Counted from the first letter of the stretch, positions 10,584 through 20,618 are shown. The stretch: DNA of 64,000 nucleotides from an uncultured Gemmatimonadales bacterium (GCA_963748815.1 CAVVKJ010000019.1:25921-89920); one strand, 5' to 3'. Numbers and translations: made by a program. Notes: generated by a model not told the origin, from the sequence alone.

Positions 10584-11291
10584 ATGGCCAACCCTGCACC
10601 GCTGGTCCTGCTCATCGAGGATGAGCCGCACATGCGGCGGTTCCTGCGCGCGGCCCTGCGAGGCCGCGGCTACCAGGTCGTCGAGGCGGCGACGGCGCGC
10701 GAGGGGCTGATGCAGGCGGCCGGCCGGAATCCCGATGTCATCCTCCTCGACCTCGGCCTTCCGGATCAGGACGGCCTGGAGGTGACTCGCACAATCCGCC
10801 TCACAGCCGCGACCCCGATCATCGTCATCTCCGCGCGGGGACTGGAGCAGGATAAGGTGGCCGCGCTCGATCTCGGCGCGGACGACTACCTCACGAAACC
10901 TTTCAGTGAGCCCGAGCTGCTTGCCCGCATTCGCGCCGCGTTGCGGCGCCTCGCGCGACCGGCCAGCGGGGCGGCCAGCGAGACGTTCGAGTCAGGAGAA
11001 TTGCGGGTCGACCTGCTCCGACGGGTGGTGCACCGGGGCGGCCGAGAGGTGCACCTCACGCCCACGGAGTTTCGGCTCCTCGCCACCCTGGTCCGGAATG
11101 CCGGCCAGGTCGTCACCCACCGCCGACTGCTGCAGGAAGTTTGGGGCGCCAACTACCAGGAGCACACACACTATCTCCGAGTCTACATGGCGCAGCTCCG
11201 CCACAAACTGGAGCGGGATCCGAATCGGCCACGGTTGCTTGCCACGGAACCGGGGGTGGGATATCGACTGCGTGAGGCGACGGGGGACTAG
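10584..11291 (+). CDS. kdpE: OmpR-family response regulator, KdpE-like
   Basis: Receiver 'VLLIEDE...DVILLDLGLPDQDG...ADDYLTKPF'. Winged-helix 'LTPTEFRLLATL...THYLRVYMAQLRHKLE...EPGVGYRL', characteristic of KdpE. Confidence 0.85.
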   Translation: MANPAPLVLLIEDEPHMRRFLRAALRGRGYQVVEAATAREGLMQAAGRNPDVILLDLGLPDQDGLEVTRTIRLTAATPIIVISARGLEQDKVAALDLGADDYLTKPFSEPELLARIRAALRRLARPASGAASETFESGELRVDLLRRVVHRGGREVHLTPTEFRLLATLVRNAGQVVTHRRLLQEVWGANYQEHTHYLRVYMAQLRHKLERDPNRPRLLATEPGVGYRLREATGD

Positions 11292-11317
11292 CAACGGGGC
11301 AACGGGGCCGACGGTAG

Positions 11318-11421
11318 CGGGCGTCCCCCCTCTCCATATCATGGACCCCGGCTTTCGCCGGGGTGACGGCCTCGTCCGCCCGCGCATGGAGACGCAAAAA
11401 GGGGTGGGCGTGAGCCCACCC
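11318..11421. repeat. cluster of three intergenic repeat families next to tRNA-Phe
   Basis: Half of family B (GGGCGTCCCCCCTCTCCATATCATGG, 11318-11345) is fused to family C (ACCCCGGCTTTCGCCGGGGTGACGG, 11345-11369). Then the family D palindrome GGGGTGGGCGTGAGCCCACCCC (11399-11421). Confidence 0.8.
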
Positions 11422-11426
11422 CTTCA

Positions 11427-11499
<73 letters not shown>

Positions 11500-11586
11500 T
11501 CAAGCGGCGGGAATATAAGGACTTGGGGTACCAATGCCAAGCTGACCACCCCTCCCTGCCCGCCCCTTCCCTACCTATAATCCCGA

Positions 11587-12979
11587 ATGCCCCTCTGGAC
11601 CGATATCGCAGCCGAAATCGCCGACTTCCGCCGCCGGATCCGGGATCTCCCCGTCATCCCCGACGCGACCCCCGCGACGCTCCGCGCCGAGCTCGAGCCG
11701 CGGTACAGGTTCGACCGGCCGATCGACCTGGAGACCCTGACCGCCGACGTGATGCGACTCCTCCGGACCCAGCAGGTCCACGTCACCCACCCGCGGTACT
11801 TCGGCCTCTTCAACCCGCAGGTGCGCGAGGCCGGCATCGTGGCCGACACCCTCGCCGCGCTCTACAACGCCCAGCTCGCCGTCTGGAGCCACAGCCCCGC
11901 CGCCAATGAGATGGAACGGCTGGCGCTCCGCGCCCTGGCCACCCGGATCGGCTACGATCCGAACGGCATGCTGGCCCAGTTCACCTCCGGCGGCGCCGAG
12001 GCCAACCTCTGCTCCGCGCTCTGCGCCCTGGCCTCCCGGTTCCCGACCTGGGCCGAGTCGGGCGTCGCCGCCCTCGGCACCCGGCCCGGCCATCTACGTC
12101 TCGGGAGAGAGCCACCACTCCTTCGTCAAGATCGCCAAGATGACCGGACTCGGCACCGCGAGTGTGCGCGAGGCACCGGTGCGCGCCGACCTGAAGCTCG
12201 ACGCCGTGGCCCTCGAGCGGTTGATCGAAGCCGACCGGGTGGCCGGGTGGAGCCCCCTCCTTATCGTGGGGACGGCCGGCACCACCGCCGCCGGCATCGT
12301 TGATCCGTTGCCGGAACTTGCGGAGGTGGCCAGACGCACCGGTGCCTGGTTCCACGCCGATGCCGCCTGGGGCGGCGGGGCGCTGATGTCCGACAATCTG
12401 CGGCCGCATCTCGACGGCATCGCGCTGGCCGACTCCGTCACCTGGGACGCACACAAATGGCTGAGCGTGCCGATGGGCGGCGGCATGTTCTTCTGCCGCC
12501 ACCCGGAAGCGGTGAAACAGGCCTTTGCCGCCGTCCACACCTACATGCCCGTCCCGACCGGCGACACGGTGGACAACTTCCAGACCACCCCGCAATGGAG
12601 CCGCCGCGCCACCGGCCTCAAGGTGTTCATGTCGCTGGCAGAACTGGGCATCGAGGGCTACGGCAAGCTGGTGGACCACCAGGCGGCAATGGGGAGGCTC
12701 CTCCGCGAGAAGCTCACCGCGGCAGGCTGGCTGCTCGTCACCGACTCCCCGCTCCCGACCGTCTGCTTCAGCCACCCCGACATCGAGTCGGGCCGGATAT
12801 CGATCGACGAGGTCATCGGTCGAGTGTATGCCAACCGGCAGACCTGGATCAGCCCGGTCATACTCGGCGGGGAGCGCCGGCGGGCGCTCAGGGCGTGCAT
12901 TACCAGCTATGAGACGGACGAACGGGATCTTGACGCGTTAGTGAACGAATTGATTCGCGCCCTTCGCGCCTTCGCGTGA
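11587..12979 (+). CDS. pyridoxal-phosphate-dependent decarboxylase (group II), one frameshift near 12,085-12,095
   Basis: Frame A 11587-12090 ('THPRYFGLFNP', 'FTSGGAEANL'). Frame B from about 12,090 ('IYVSGESHHSFVKIAK', 'GTAGTTAAGIVDP', 'HADAAWGG', PLP-lysine 'DAHKW'). The stop TGA lies inside a family A repeat. Confidence 0.8.
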
Positions 12980-13076
12980 ACCAACTCTGGACCCCGGCTT
13001 TCGCCGGGGTGACGATCGGTGTCAGGATGTAGCTTCGGCCCTCAGCCCTCAGTCCCCAGCCCCCAGTCCTCAGTCC
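12954..13076. repeat. three different repeats in the decarboxylase-upp spacer
   Basis: Family A TTCGCGCCCTTCGCGCCTTCGCGTGAACC (12954-12982). Family C GGACCCCGGCTTTCGCCGGGGTGACG (12989-13014). Family E CCCTCAGCCCTCAGTCCCCAGCCCCCAGTCCTCAGTCC (13039-13076; the inverse copy is at 24611-24643). Confidence 0.8.
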
Positions 13077-13111
13077 TTCTCTCCTCCGCTTTCTGACCCT
13101 ACATTCCACTG

Positions 13112-13747
13112 ATGGGCTCCCCCTCCCTGACCGTCGCTTCCCACCCGCTGATCCAGCACAAGATGGCGCTGCTCCGCGGCGTCGAGACGCCCACCAGGGA
13201 GTTCCGCCAGCTGGTCGGGGAGATCGCCACCCTCCTGGCCTACGAGGCGACCCGGACCCTCGAGACCGAGCCGATCGCCGTGCGCACGCCGCTCGAGATG
13301 ATGGAGGGCCACCGCCTCCCCGGCGACCGGATCGTGCTCGTCCCGATCCTCCGTGCCGGCCTCGGCATGGTGGATGCCGTCGCCGCCCTCTTCCCCAACG
13401 CCGGCGTCGGCCACATCGGTCTCTACCGCAACGAAGAGACGCTCGAGCCGGTCAGCTACTACTTCAAGATCCCGCCCCTCGGCGCGGACAAGGTCTACCT
13501 CGTGCTCGATCCGATGCTCGCGACCGGCGGCAGCGCCTCCGCGGCGATCGCCAAGCTGAAGGAATCGGGCGCGCGGCACCTCCGGCTCATTTCCCTGGTG
13601 GCCGCACCCGCAGGAGTTGACCGGATGAAGAAGGACCACCCCGACGTTCCGGTCTTCGTCGCCGCGCTCGACCGCGAACTCAACGACCACGGATACATCC
13701 TGCCCGGCCTCGGCGATGCTGGAGACAGGCTCTTCGGAACGACCTGA
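13112..13747 (+). CDS. upp: uracil phosphoribosyltransferase
   Basis: 'HPLIQHK..LR', 'LVPILRAGLGM', 'VLDPMLATGGS' (PRPP loop), 'YILPGLGDAGDRLFGT' C-terminal signature. 211 aa. Confidence 0.92.
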   Translation: MGSPSLTVASHPLIQHKMALLRGVETPTREFRQLVGEIATLLAYEATRTLETEPIAVRTPLEMMEGHRLPGDRIVLVPILRAGLGMVDAVAALFPNAGVGHIGLYRNEETLEPVSYYFKIPPLGADKVYLVLDPMLATGGSASAAIAKLKESGARHLRLISLVAAPAGVDRMKKDHPDVPVFVAALDRELNDHGYILPGLGDAGDRLFGTT

Positions 13748-13749
13748 CC

Positions 13750-14085
13750 GGGCGTTCCCCCTCTCCATATCATGGAGAGGGGGACAGGGGGTGAGGTGGA
13801 GAGCTGGCGGGGCAGGTGGGCCGGGAGGCCGGACCTGAAGTCTGTGTCATTCCCGCGCAAGCGGGAATCCAGTTGCATCTTCACTGGACCCCGGCGACCC
13901 TGCCCCGGCGAAAGCCGGGGGCCGGGGTGACGGCGCGCGCGTCGCTTTAGCGACATCAGCCGAGCCGCGGCTTCCGCCGCGAGTTCGCGCGGGAACAACC
14001 TGGACCCCCGCTTTCGCGGGGGTGACGACCTTCCATTGGAGTTCATGGTGCCTTTCACTTCCCCGCTTCCCCGCTTCCCCGCCTC
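13750..14085. repeat. 345-bp spacer almost entirely composed of repeats (families B and C, GGGGAAGC motif)
   Basis: Family B palindrome 13750-13796. TCATTCCCGCGCAAGCGGGAATCC hairpin 13848-13870. Family C variants 13885-13932 and 14002-14027. (GCTTCCCC)x2.5 at 14060-14085. Confidence 0.8.
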
Positions 14086-14091
14086 GCACTC

Positions 14092-15477
14092 GTGCGAATA
14101 ACCTTCCACGGCGCCGCCGGCGGCCAGGTCACCGGCTCGATGCACCTCCTCGAGGCGGCGGGCGCGCGTGTGCTCCTCGATGCGGGCCTCTTCCAGGGGC
14201 GCCGGTCCGAGACGCGCGAGCTGAACGCCAAGCTCCCCTTCGATGCGCGCCTCATCGATGCGGTGGTGGTGAGCCACGCGCACATCGACCACACCGGCCG
14301 CCTCCCCCTGCTGGTCAAGGAGGGGTACCACAACCCGATCATCGCCACGCCGGCCACCCGCGACCTCTCCGCCGTCATGCTCCCCGACTCGGCGCACATC
14401 CAGGAAAGCGATTTCGACTTCCTCAAGCGGCACGACCGCGTCGGCCCCGAGGCGGAGCCGCTCTATAACATGGCCGACGCCGTCGCCGTGCAGGATCTCA
14501 TCGAGGCCGTCCCCTACAATCGGCCGCACCACATCCGCAAGCATCTTGTGACCACCTTCATGGACGCCGGCCACATCCTCGGCTCGGCGTCGGTGGACAT
14601 CCGGATTACCGAGGGGACGGGCCACCGGCTCGTTTTCTCGGGCGACATCGGCCGGAACGACCTCCCCATCATCCGTGATCCGGTGCCGCCCTCGGGCGCG
14701 ATCGACACGCTGATCATCGAGAGCACCTACGGCAACCGCGACCACGAGTCGGTGGCCGGGGCGGAGGAACGCCTCGGCGAGATCGTGCGGCGGGTCGCCG
14801 GCCGCGGGGGCAAGGTCCTGATTCCTTCCTTCGCGGTGGGTCGCACGCAGGAACTGGTCTATGCCCTCCACGCGCTCTGGCTGACCGGCAAGATCCCCGG
14901 GATTCCCATCTACATCGACAGCCCGCTGGCGGTGAACGCCACCGAGGTGTTCCGACTGCACCCGGAAATCTTCGATCAGCGCGAGCAACTCATCGAGCGC
15001 GCCAAGGCCCTCTTCGATTTCCAGCTCGTCACGTATGTCCGCGACGTCGGGGAGTCGAAGGCGCTCAACACCCTGAACGGCCCCGCCGTCATCATCGCCG
15101 CCAGCGGCATGGCCGAGGCCGGCCGGATCCTCCACCACCTGAAGAACGGGATCGGCAGCCACAAGAATGTCGTCCTTTTTGTTGGCTTCCAGGGGGAGCA
15201 CACCCTCGGCCGCCGAATCCAGGAGGGCGCACGCGAGGTGAGGATCTTCGGTGACATGTATCCGGTGGCCGCCGAGGTCGAGACCATCGGCGGCTACTCG
15301 GCCCACGCCGACCGGGGTGAACTCCGCCAGTGGGTGCGGAAGATCGGCGGCCCCGTCAAGCGGGCCTTCGTGGTCCACGGCGAGACGCCCGCGCGCGAGG
15401 CGATGGGGAAGATTCTCAAGGAGGAAGGGGTCCAGGAGGTCGTGCTGCCGGCGCTCGGAGAGGGGTTCGACCTCTAG
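14092..15477 (+). CDS. MBL-fold metallo-hydrolase with beta-CASP domain (RNase J/CPSF-like)
   Basis: GTG 14092. 'VVSHAHIDHTGRLP' (HxHxDH). 'ESTYGNRDH'. C-terminal 'GYSAHADRGEL' (motif C His). 461 aa. Confidence 0.85.
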   Translation: MRITFHGAAGGQVTGSMHLLEAAGARVLLDAGLFQGRRSETRELNAKLPFDARLIDAVVVSHAHIDHTGRLPLLVKEGYHNPIIATPATRDLSAVMLPDSAHIQESDFDFLKRHDRVGPEAEPLYNMADAVAVQDLIEAVPYNRPHHIRKHLVTTFMDAGHILGSASVDIRITEGTGHRLVFSGDIGRNDLPIIRDPVPPSGAIDTLIIESTYGNRDHESVAGAEERLGEIVRRVAGRGGKVLIPSFAVGRTQELVYALHALWLTGKIPGIPIYIDSPLAVNATEVFRLHPEIFDQREQLIERAKALFDFQLVTYVRDVGESKALNTLNGPAVIIAASGMAEAGRILHHLKNGIGSHKNVVLFVGFQGEHTLGRRIQEGAREVRIFGDMYPVAAEVETIGGYSAHADRGELRQWVRKIGGPVKRAFVVHGETPAREAMGKILKEEGVQEVVLPALGEGFDL

Positions 15478-16062
15478 GTGAAATGGCTCAAGACGGTCCT
15501 CGGGTTCGGCCTCCTCTTCGTCGTCGTGGGCTACCTGGTGGCGTTCTTCTCCGTCCTGGCGGTGAGCCGGCAGGACCAGGCGCGCCCCGTTCCCGCCATC
15601 GTCGTGCTCGGCGCCGCCCAGTACAACGGCAAACCGAGCCCGGTCCTCAAGGCTCGGCTCGACCACGCGGCCCAACTCTACGCCGACAGCATCGCCCCCA
15701 TCATCGTGCTGACCGGCGGGGTGGCCACCGGCGACAAGATCAGCGAAGCCGAGGCCGCGGCGGTCTACCTGGCCGGCTCGGTGCCACCCCCCGTCCTGGT
15801 CGTGCTCCCCACCGGGCGCACCACCGACGCGTCGATCGTGGCCGCCGCCGAGTGGTGCCGGGGCTATGGCATTACGGAGGTCGTGGTGGTGAGCGATCCC
15901 TTCCACATGCTGCGCGTTCGGCTCGAAGCGCGGCGGCAGGGGCTCACCGCCTGGACCAGCCCCACGCGCACCAGTCCCATCTCCGCCCGGGTGGGGCGCG
16001 AGTTCCCCTACCTGGTGGCCGAAGCGGCCAAGGTGCTCGTCGCCGGGAGTCGCGGCTGGTAG
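15478..16062 (+). CDS. DUF218 (YdcF/ElyC/SanA-like) membrane-anchored protein
   Basis: N-terminal TM helix. 'AIVVLGAAQYNGKPSPVLKARLDHAAQLY...IIVLTGG' and 'VVVSDPFHMLR' match the DUF218 pattern. Confidence 0.75.
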   Translation: MKWLKTVLGFGLLFVVVGYLVAFFSVLAVSRQDQARPVPAIVVLGAAQYNGKPSPVLKARLDHAAQLYADSIAPIIVLTGGVATGDKISEAEAAAVYLAGSVPPPVLVVLPTGRTTDASIVAAAEWCRGYGITEVVVVSDPFHMLRVRLEARRQGLTAWTSPTRTSPISARVGREFPYLVAEAAKVLVAGSRGW

Positions 16063-16077
16063 CGGTGCCGGGGCGGC

Positions 16078-17409
16078 CTATCGGAGGTACCTCAACCACA
16101 AGTAGACATGCGCAATTCCCACGCTCAGGAGCATGAGCGGCAGGGCGCGCAGCGTGAACTTGCCGAACCGGAACGGTACGCCGGCCCGCTCGGCGAGGCC
16201 GGCCACGGTCAGGTTGGCGCTCGCCCCGATGAGCGTCCCGTTGCCGCCGAGGCAGGCGCCCAGCGCCAGCGCCCACCAGACCGGGTGCAACCCGGCCGCC
16301 CCGCCAAACGCCGATTCGAGCCCCTTCACCAGCGGAATCATCGTGGCCACGAAGGGGATGTTGTCGAGCACCGCGGAGAGCAGCGCCGACATCCAGAGCA
16401 CCGCGAGGACCGTCACCGTCGGGTCGCCCCCGGTGGCGGCGAGCAGTTTGTGGCCCAGAAGCTCGAGCAGCCCCGTTTTCGCCACCCCCTCGACCATCAC
16501 GAACAGGCCGATGAAGAAGAAGAGCGTGATCCACTCCACCTCGCCGAAGCTGGTGTGCACGTGGTGGGTCTGCTCCTCGGCGGTGCGGTCGTGGACGTCG
16601 AGCAGCAGCAGCACCGCCGCGCCGAACATCGCGATGGTGCCGACCTCCAGGTGCGTATACCGGGCGGTCACGAACGCGGCGACGACCCCGGTCAGGACCA
16701 GGAGGACATGCCGGAGGAGCCGCGGGTTGGTGATCGATTCCCGTTCGTCCATGGCCAACACCCGGGCCCGGGCCTCGTCCGAGGCGCGCAGGCGGCGTCC
16801 CCATACCAGGTGGCCGATCGCGCCGTGCACCAGGACGATGATCACGACCACCGGGCCGAGGTTGAAGAGGAAGTCGTTGAAGGTGAAGCCGACGGCGGAC
16901 CCGATCATGATGTTCGGCGGGTCGCCCACGAGGGTGGCGGTGCCGCCTACGTTGGAGGCCATGATCTCCGCGAAGAGGTAGGGCCAGGGGTCCACTTCCA
17001 GCTGCCGGGTGATGGCCAGTGTCACCGGGGCGACGAGCAGGACGGTCGTCACGTTGTCGAGCAGCGAAGAGAAGATGGCGGTGATGACCGCCAGGAGCGC
17101 CAGGATGGCGGCGGGCCGGGCACGGGCCAGCTTGACCGCGTGGATGGCCACGTACTCGAAGAGACCGGTGCGGCCGGCGATGCCCACGATCAGCATCATG
17201 CCGGCGAGCAACATGATGGTGTTCCAGTCCACGCCGCGGATCGCCTCGTCCTGGCTGAGCACGCCGGTCACGATCACCAGGCAGGCGCCGATGCCCACCA
17301 CGACGGCGCGATTCACCCGGTCGGCGATGATGGCGACGTAGGCAATGACGAGAAGGGCGGTGGCGACCCAGATGGGATTGAGGCCGAAGAGGAGGTGCGG
17401 AGACTCCAT
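16078..17409 (-). CDS. ArsB/NhaD-superfamily anion permease
   Basis: 443 aa, 10-12 TM segments. 'SSLLDNVTTVLL', 'NVGGTATLVGDPPNIMIG', second-half repeat 'SAVLDNIPFVATMIP', 'GGNGTLIGASANL'. Confidence 0.8.
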   Translation of the reverse strand: MESPHLLFGLNPIWVATALLVIAYVAIIADRVNRAVVVGIGACLVIVTGVLSQDEAIRGVDWNTIMLLAGMMLIVGIAGRTGLFEYVAIHAVKLARARPAAILALLAVITAIFSSLLDNVTTVLLVAPVTLAITRQLEVDPWPYLFAEIMASNVGGTATLVGDPPNIMIGSAVGFTFNDFLFNLGPVVVIIVLVHGAIGHLVWGRRLRASDEARARVLAMDERESITNPRLLRHVLLVLTGVVAAFVTARYTHLEVGTIAMFGAAVLLLLDVHDRTAEEQTHHVHTSFGEVEWITLFFFIGLFVMVEGVAKTGLLELLGHKLLAATGGDPTVTVLAVLWMSALLSAVLDNIPFVATMIPLVKGLESAFGGAAGLHPVWWALALGACLGGNGTLIGASANLTVAGLAERAGVPFRFGKFTLRALPLMLLSVGIAHVYLWLRYLR

Positions 17410-17519
17410 GGAGCTCGCCGGGAGGAGGAGGAGGGAAGATTACGGCAGGCTGAACGGTATGGCCAGCCGTGGCGAGAATCCCTATCTTGACCAAGTTGCT
17501 CCCCTAACCCCGAGCTCCT

Positions 17520-18395
17520 ATGCGCCGAGTCCTCCGGTGGCTCCGGTACACCGTCGCCATGCTGGTCGTCTTGCTGCTGCTCGCGGCGGCGACGCTGTAC
17601 ACCCTCTCCGAACGCATCCTGCGTCGCACCTACGACGAACCGCTGGTGGCCATCCCGATCCCCGCGGACTCGGGCTCCATTGCCGAAGGGGGCCGTCTGG
17701 CGCTGATTCACGGCTGCCGCGGCTGCCACACTCCAGACCTCTCCGGCCAGTGGTTCGAGGACGATTTCCTGATCGCCCGGTTTGCCGCGCCGAGCCTCAC
17801 CCTGGCGGCCCAGAAATACTCCGACGAGGAACTGGTCCGGATCATCCGGCGCGGCGTGCGCCCCGACGGTCGAAGCGTCTGGGCCATGTCGTCGGAGATG
17901 TTCGCTCCCCTCACGGACGCCGATCTCGGGAAGATCATCGCCTATGTGCGCAGCGTCTCACCGCCGGGTGGGCTGCCGCAGATGCTCAAGCCGGGCCCCC
18001 TGGGTCGCCTCGGGATCACCACCGGCGAGTTCATGCCCGCAGCCAGCCTGGTTCGCGTCACCGACTCGATCACCGCCTCGGGCTATTTCCCCAGCGGGGA
18101 CGCGCCGAACGCCTTCGGCGCCTACCTGGCGAGGACCTCCTGTCCCGAATGCCATAACCTCGCGCTCCAGGGATATCCGGGTGACACCCCCGATCTCAGC
18201 ATCGTGGCGGGCTACACGCCGGAACAGTTCGCCCACTTCTTCGCGACCGGCGAGGCGCTGGGCGGTCGGGAGCTCAAACTCATGAGCGAGATGGCCCGGA
18301 ACCGCTTCAGCAACTTCACCGACGAGGAAGAGGCCGCGCTCTACTCCTACCTGGTGGCCCGGGCGGCCGCCATCCAGGGCGCTCCCGTTCCATGA
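17520..18395 (+). CDS. membrane-anchored dihaem cytochrome c
   Basis: N-terminal TM helix. Two CxxCH motifs ('CRGCH', 'CPECH'). Confidence 0.75.
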   Translation: MRRVLRWLRYTVAMLVVLLLLAAATLYTLSERILRRTYDEPLVAIPIPADSGSIAEGGRLALIHGCRGCHTPDLSGQWFEDDFLIARFAAPSLTLAAQKYSDEELVRIIRRGVRPDGRSVWAMSSEMFAPLTDADLGKIIAYVRSVSPPGGLPQMLKPGPLGRLGITTGEFMPAASLVRVTDSITASGYFPSGDAPNAFGAYLARTSCPECHNLALQGYPGDTPDLSIVAGYTPEQFAHFFATGEALGGRELKLMSEMARNRFSNFTDEEEAALYSYLVARAAAIQGAPVP

Positions 18396-18817
18396 GGCTC
18401 GGTGCCGCCGCCTTCCTGGCCGGTGCCCTCTGGGGGCTGCTCGCCTGGGGACTCGGTGCCCGGGCGTACGGCCCGGGACTCTGGGGCGGTGTCGTGGCGG
18501 CCCCCTTCATCGGCGTCGCCGTTGCCGCCGGACTGCAGGCGCGCTTCGAGTACGCCTCCGGATGGCAGCGCTGGCTCACCGCCCTCGGCAGCCTCTACCT
18601 CGGGGCGACCCTCTTTGCCCTCGCGGTGGGAATCACCGGCGCCCTGACCGGCAGCCCGACCCGCAACCCGCTCGAAGTCGTCTGGGAAGCCGTGCTCGGC
18701 ACCTGGTGGGGAGTCACGCTGACCGGATTCCTGATTGCCCTCTGGCCCCTGGCCTACCTGACCCATATCGTGTTGGGGTACGCAGACGGCATCTCTCCCG
18801 ACCGGAGGTCTTCGTGA
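18392..18817 (+). CDS. hypothetical integral membrane protein
   Basis: Four hydrophobic segments. ATGA overlap with the cytochrome c stop. Confidence 0.55.
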   Translation: MRLGAAAFLAGALWGLLAWGLGARAYGPGLWGGVVAAPFIGVAVAAGLQARFEYASGWQRWLTALGSLYLGATLFALAVGITGALTGSPTRNPLEVVWEAVLGTWWGVTLTGFLIALWPLAYLTHIVLGYADGISPDRRSS

Positions 18818-18969
18818 GTCATTCCAACACCGCCGCCAAGGCCGGCATCGGGTTCGGCAGCGCGCTGGCCATCACCATCTCCTGGAGCGCCAACCACTCC
18901 ATCCTCTGGGCCATCCTGCACGGACTCTTCAGCTGGTTCTACGTCGTCTACTACGCGATCCGCTACTGA
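18814..18969 (+). CDS. small (51 aa) membrane protein
   Basis: GTG 18814 overlaps the upstream TGA (GTGA). 'AGIGFGSALAITISWSANHSILWAILHGLFSWFYVVYY'. Confidence 0.5.
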   Translation: MSHSNTAAKAGIGFGSALAITISWSANHSILWAILHGLFSWFYVVYYAIRY

Positions 18970-18984
18970 CCATCGGAGGGGCGC

Positions 18985-19545
18985 ATGGCGAGGATGAAGA
19001 CCTATCGGCTGGACCGGGTGTTCGTCGAGCGGGGCGAGGCGCATCCCGCGCAGTGGACCTTTGCCGGCACGTCGGTGAGCGGTACCGAGCAGTGGTACGG
19101 CGTCACCGACGGCAACTTCCCGGCGCGGAACAGCTGGGAGTTCGTGCTCCGGATTCCCAAGGCGGCGGGTGAGCGCATCGAGGTTCGGCCGAGAAGCACA
19201 CCGAAGCTGAAGGTCTGGGAGGAGCTGACCGACCGGTCGCTCACCTTCATGCGGGCGACGATGCCCGCCGCGCGGGGCAAGCGGTACTGCCAGGTGGCGC
19301 TGGCCGACACCAAGGGCCAGAAGACCAAGGACGTGGTCCGCACCGACGAGCGGCACCTCCTGCCGAAGTGGTTCGACCTCATCGGGCACCGGCTCCGCGC
19401 CAAGGAGAGTGTCCGGCGCACGCGAGGCACCGACGGGAAGGCGCTGGTGGCGCTGGTGCAGGATACCGACCACGAAATGATGATCCGGTTATTCTTCGCG
19501 ATGAAGGTGTGGGTGCTGAAGGAGAAATTCTCCCTCCCGGAGTGA
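18985..19545 (+). CDS. hypothetical protein
   Basis: 186-aa ORF with ATG start and GC3-rich codons. No motif recognised. Confidence 0.55.
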   Translation: MARMKTYRLDRVFVERGEAHPAQWTFAGTSVSGTEQWYGVTDGNFPARNSWEFVLRIPKAAGERIEVRPRSTPKLKVWEELTDRSLTFMRATMPAARGKRYCQVALADTKGQKTKDVVRTDERHLLPKWFDLIGHRLRAKESVRRTRGTDGKALVALVQDTDHEMMIRLFFAMKVWVLKEKFSLPE

Positions 19546-19549
19546 CACC

Positions 19550-20065
19550 ATGGATCCGCTCTTCCTGCTGATGCGCCTGCTGCACGTGGTCCTGGGTGTC
19601 TTCTGGGTCGGCACGATCGTCTTCGCCGCGACCCTCATGCTGCCGAGCATCCGCGACGCCGGCCCCGACGGGGGCAAGGTCATGTTCGCCCTGCTGCGGC
19701 GGGGATATCTGACGATTCTCCCCATCGTGGCGTTGATAACCATTGTGTCCGGTCTCTGGCTGTACATGGCACTGATGAAGAATGCCGGGCCCGCCTGGGC
19801 CGGCTCGATGGCGGCGCGGGTCTACGGCGTAGGCGCGGTGGCCGCGCTGGTGGCCTTCGGGCTCGGTATCTTCATCATGCGCCCCAATGGGCTGAAAGTG
19901 CGCGCCATCATGGAGGCGCTGCCCACCACGCCCGAGGGACCTGCCCGAGCCGCGCTCATGGACAAGCTGGTCCTGCCGCGGCAAAAGACAGCCGCAATCG
20001 CGCCCTGGATCGCCGGGCTGCTCACGATCGCCGCGATCACGATGGCGGTCGCGCGCTACCTGTAA
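19550..20065 (+). CDS. hypothetical membrane protein (4 TM)
   Basis: ATG 4 nt after the previous stop. Hydrophobic segments 'HVVLGVFWVGTIVFAA', 'ILPIVALITIVSGLWLY', 'VGAVAALVAFGLGIFI', 'WIAGLLTIAAITMAV'. Confidence 0.6.
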   Translation: MDPLFLLMRLLHVVLGVFWVGTIVFAATLMLPSIRDAGPDGGKVMFALLRRGYLTILPIVALITIVSGLWLYMALMKNAGPAWAGSMAARVYGVGAVAALVAFGLGIFIMRPNGLKVRAIMEALPTTPEGPARAALMDKLVLPRQKTAAIAPWIAGLLTIAAITMAVARYL

Positions 20066-20143
20066 GGGCGTCCCCCCTCTCCACATGGTGGAGAGGGGGA
20101 CAGGGGGTGAGGGACTCACGCGAAGTCGCGAAGCCGCGAAGTC
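20066..20143. repeat. family B palindrome followed by a family A repeat (reverse orientation)
   Basis: GGGCGTCCCCCCTCTCCACATGGTGGAGAGGGGGACAGGGGGTGAGGG (20066-20113), then GGACTCACGCGAAGTCGCGAAGCCGCGAAGTC (20112-20143). Confidence 0.8.
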
Positions 20144-20157
20144 ATGGGAGGGAAAGT

Positions 20158-20586
20158 TTGACGAAGCGACTTCTGGGGACGGTGCTCGGCCTGTTCATCC
20201 TCGCCACCGCCGGGTGCTCCAAGAGCACGCCCGAGGGGACCAGCCCGATGCTGTCTCCCGTGGGGACGGAATGGCGCTTGGTCGCCGTGGTGGGCGTGCC
20301 TGCCGGGACCGGCGCCAACGGCAAGCCCGCCACCCTCCTTCTTGAGGAGTTGAGTGGCCGCGCCAGCGGGTTTGCCGGCTGCAACACCTTTTCCGGCAGC
20401 TACACCCTGTCCGGATCCTCGATCGCCTTCGGACCGCTCGCCATGACCCGGATGGCCTGCGCGACGGGTGGCGAGCTCGAGTCCCGCTACGCCGGGGCGC
20501 TCGAGCAGGCCACCGAATGGAAGATGACGTCCCAGGGGTTGGAGCTGCGCAAGGGTTCCACCCTGCTGGCACGGTTCACGAAGTAA
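20158..20586 (+). CDS. META-domain (HslJ-like) lipoprotein
   Basis: TTG 20158 after 'GGGAGGGAAAG'. Lipobox 'LATAGC'. '[16 protein letters not shown]' and 'MTRMAC' are META-domain hallmarks. Confidence 0.75.
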   Translation: MTKRLLGTVLGLFILATAGCSKSTPEGTSPMLSPVGTEWRLVAVVGVPAGTGANGKPATLLLEELSGRASGFAGCNTFSGSYTLSGSSIAFGPLAMTRMACATGGELESRYAGALEQATEWKMTSQGLELRKGSTLLARFTK

Positions 20587-20618
20587 CTCACCGCACCGAT
20601 CACGGTCTGGAGGTTGTT

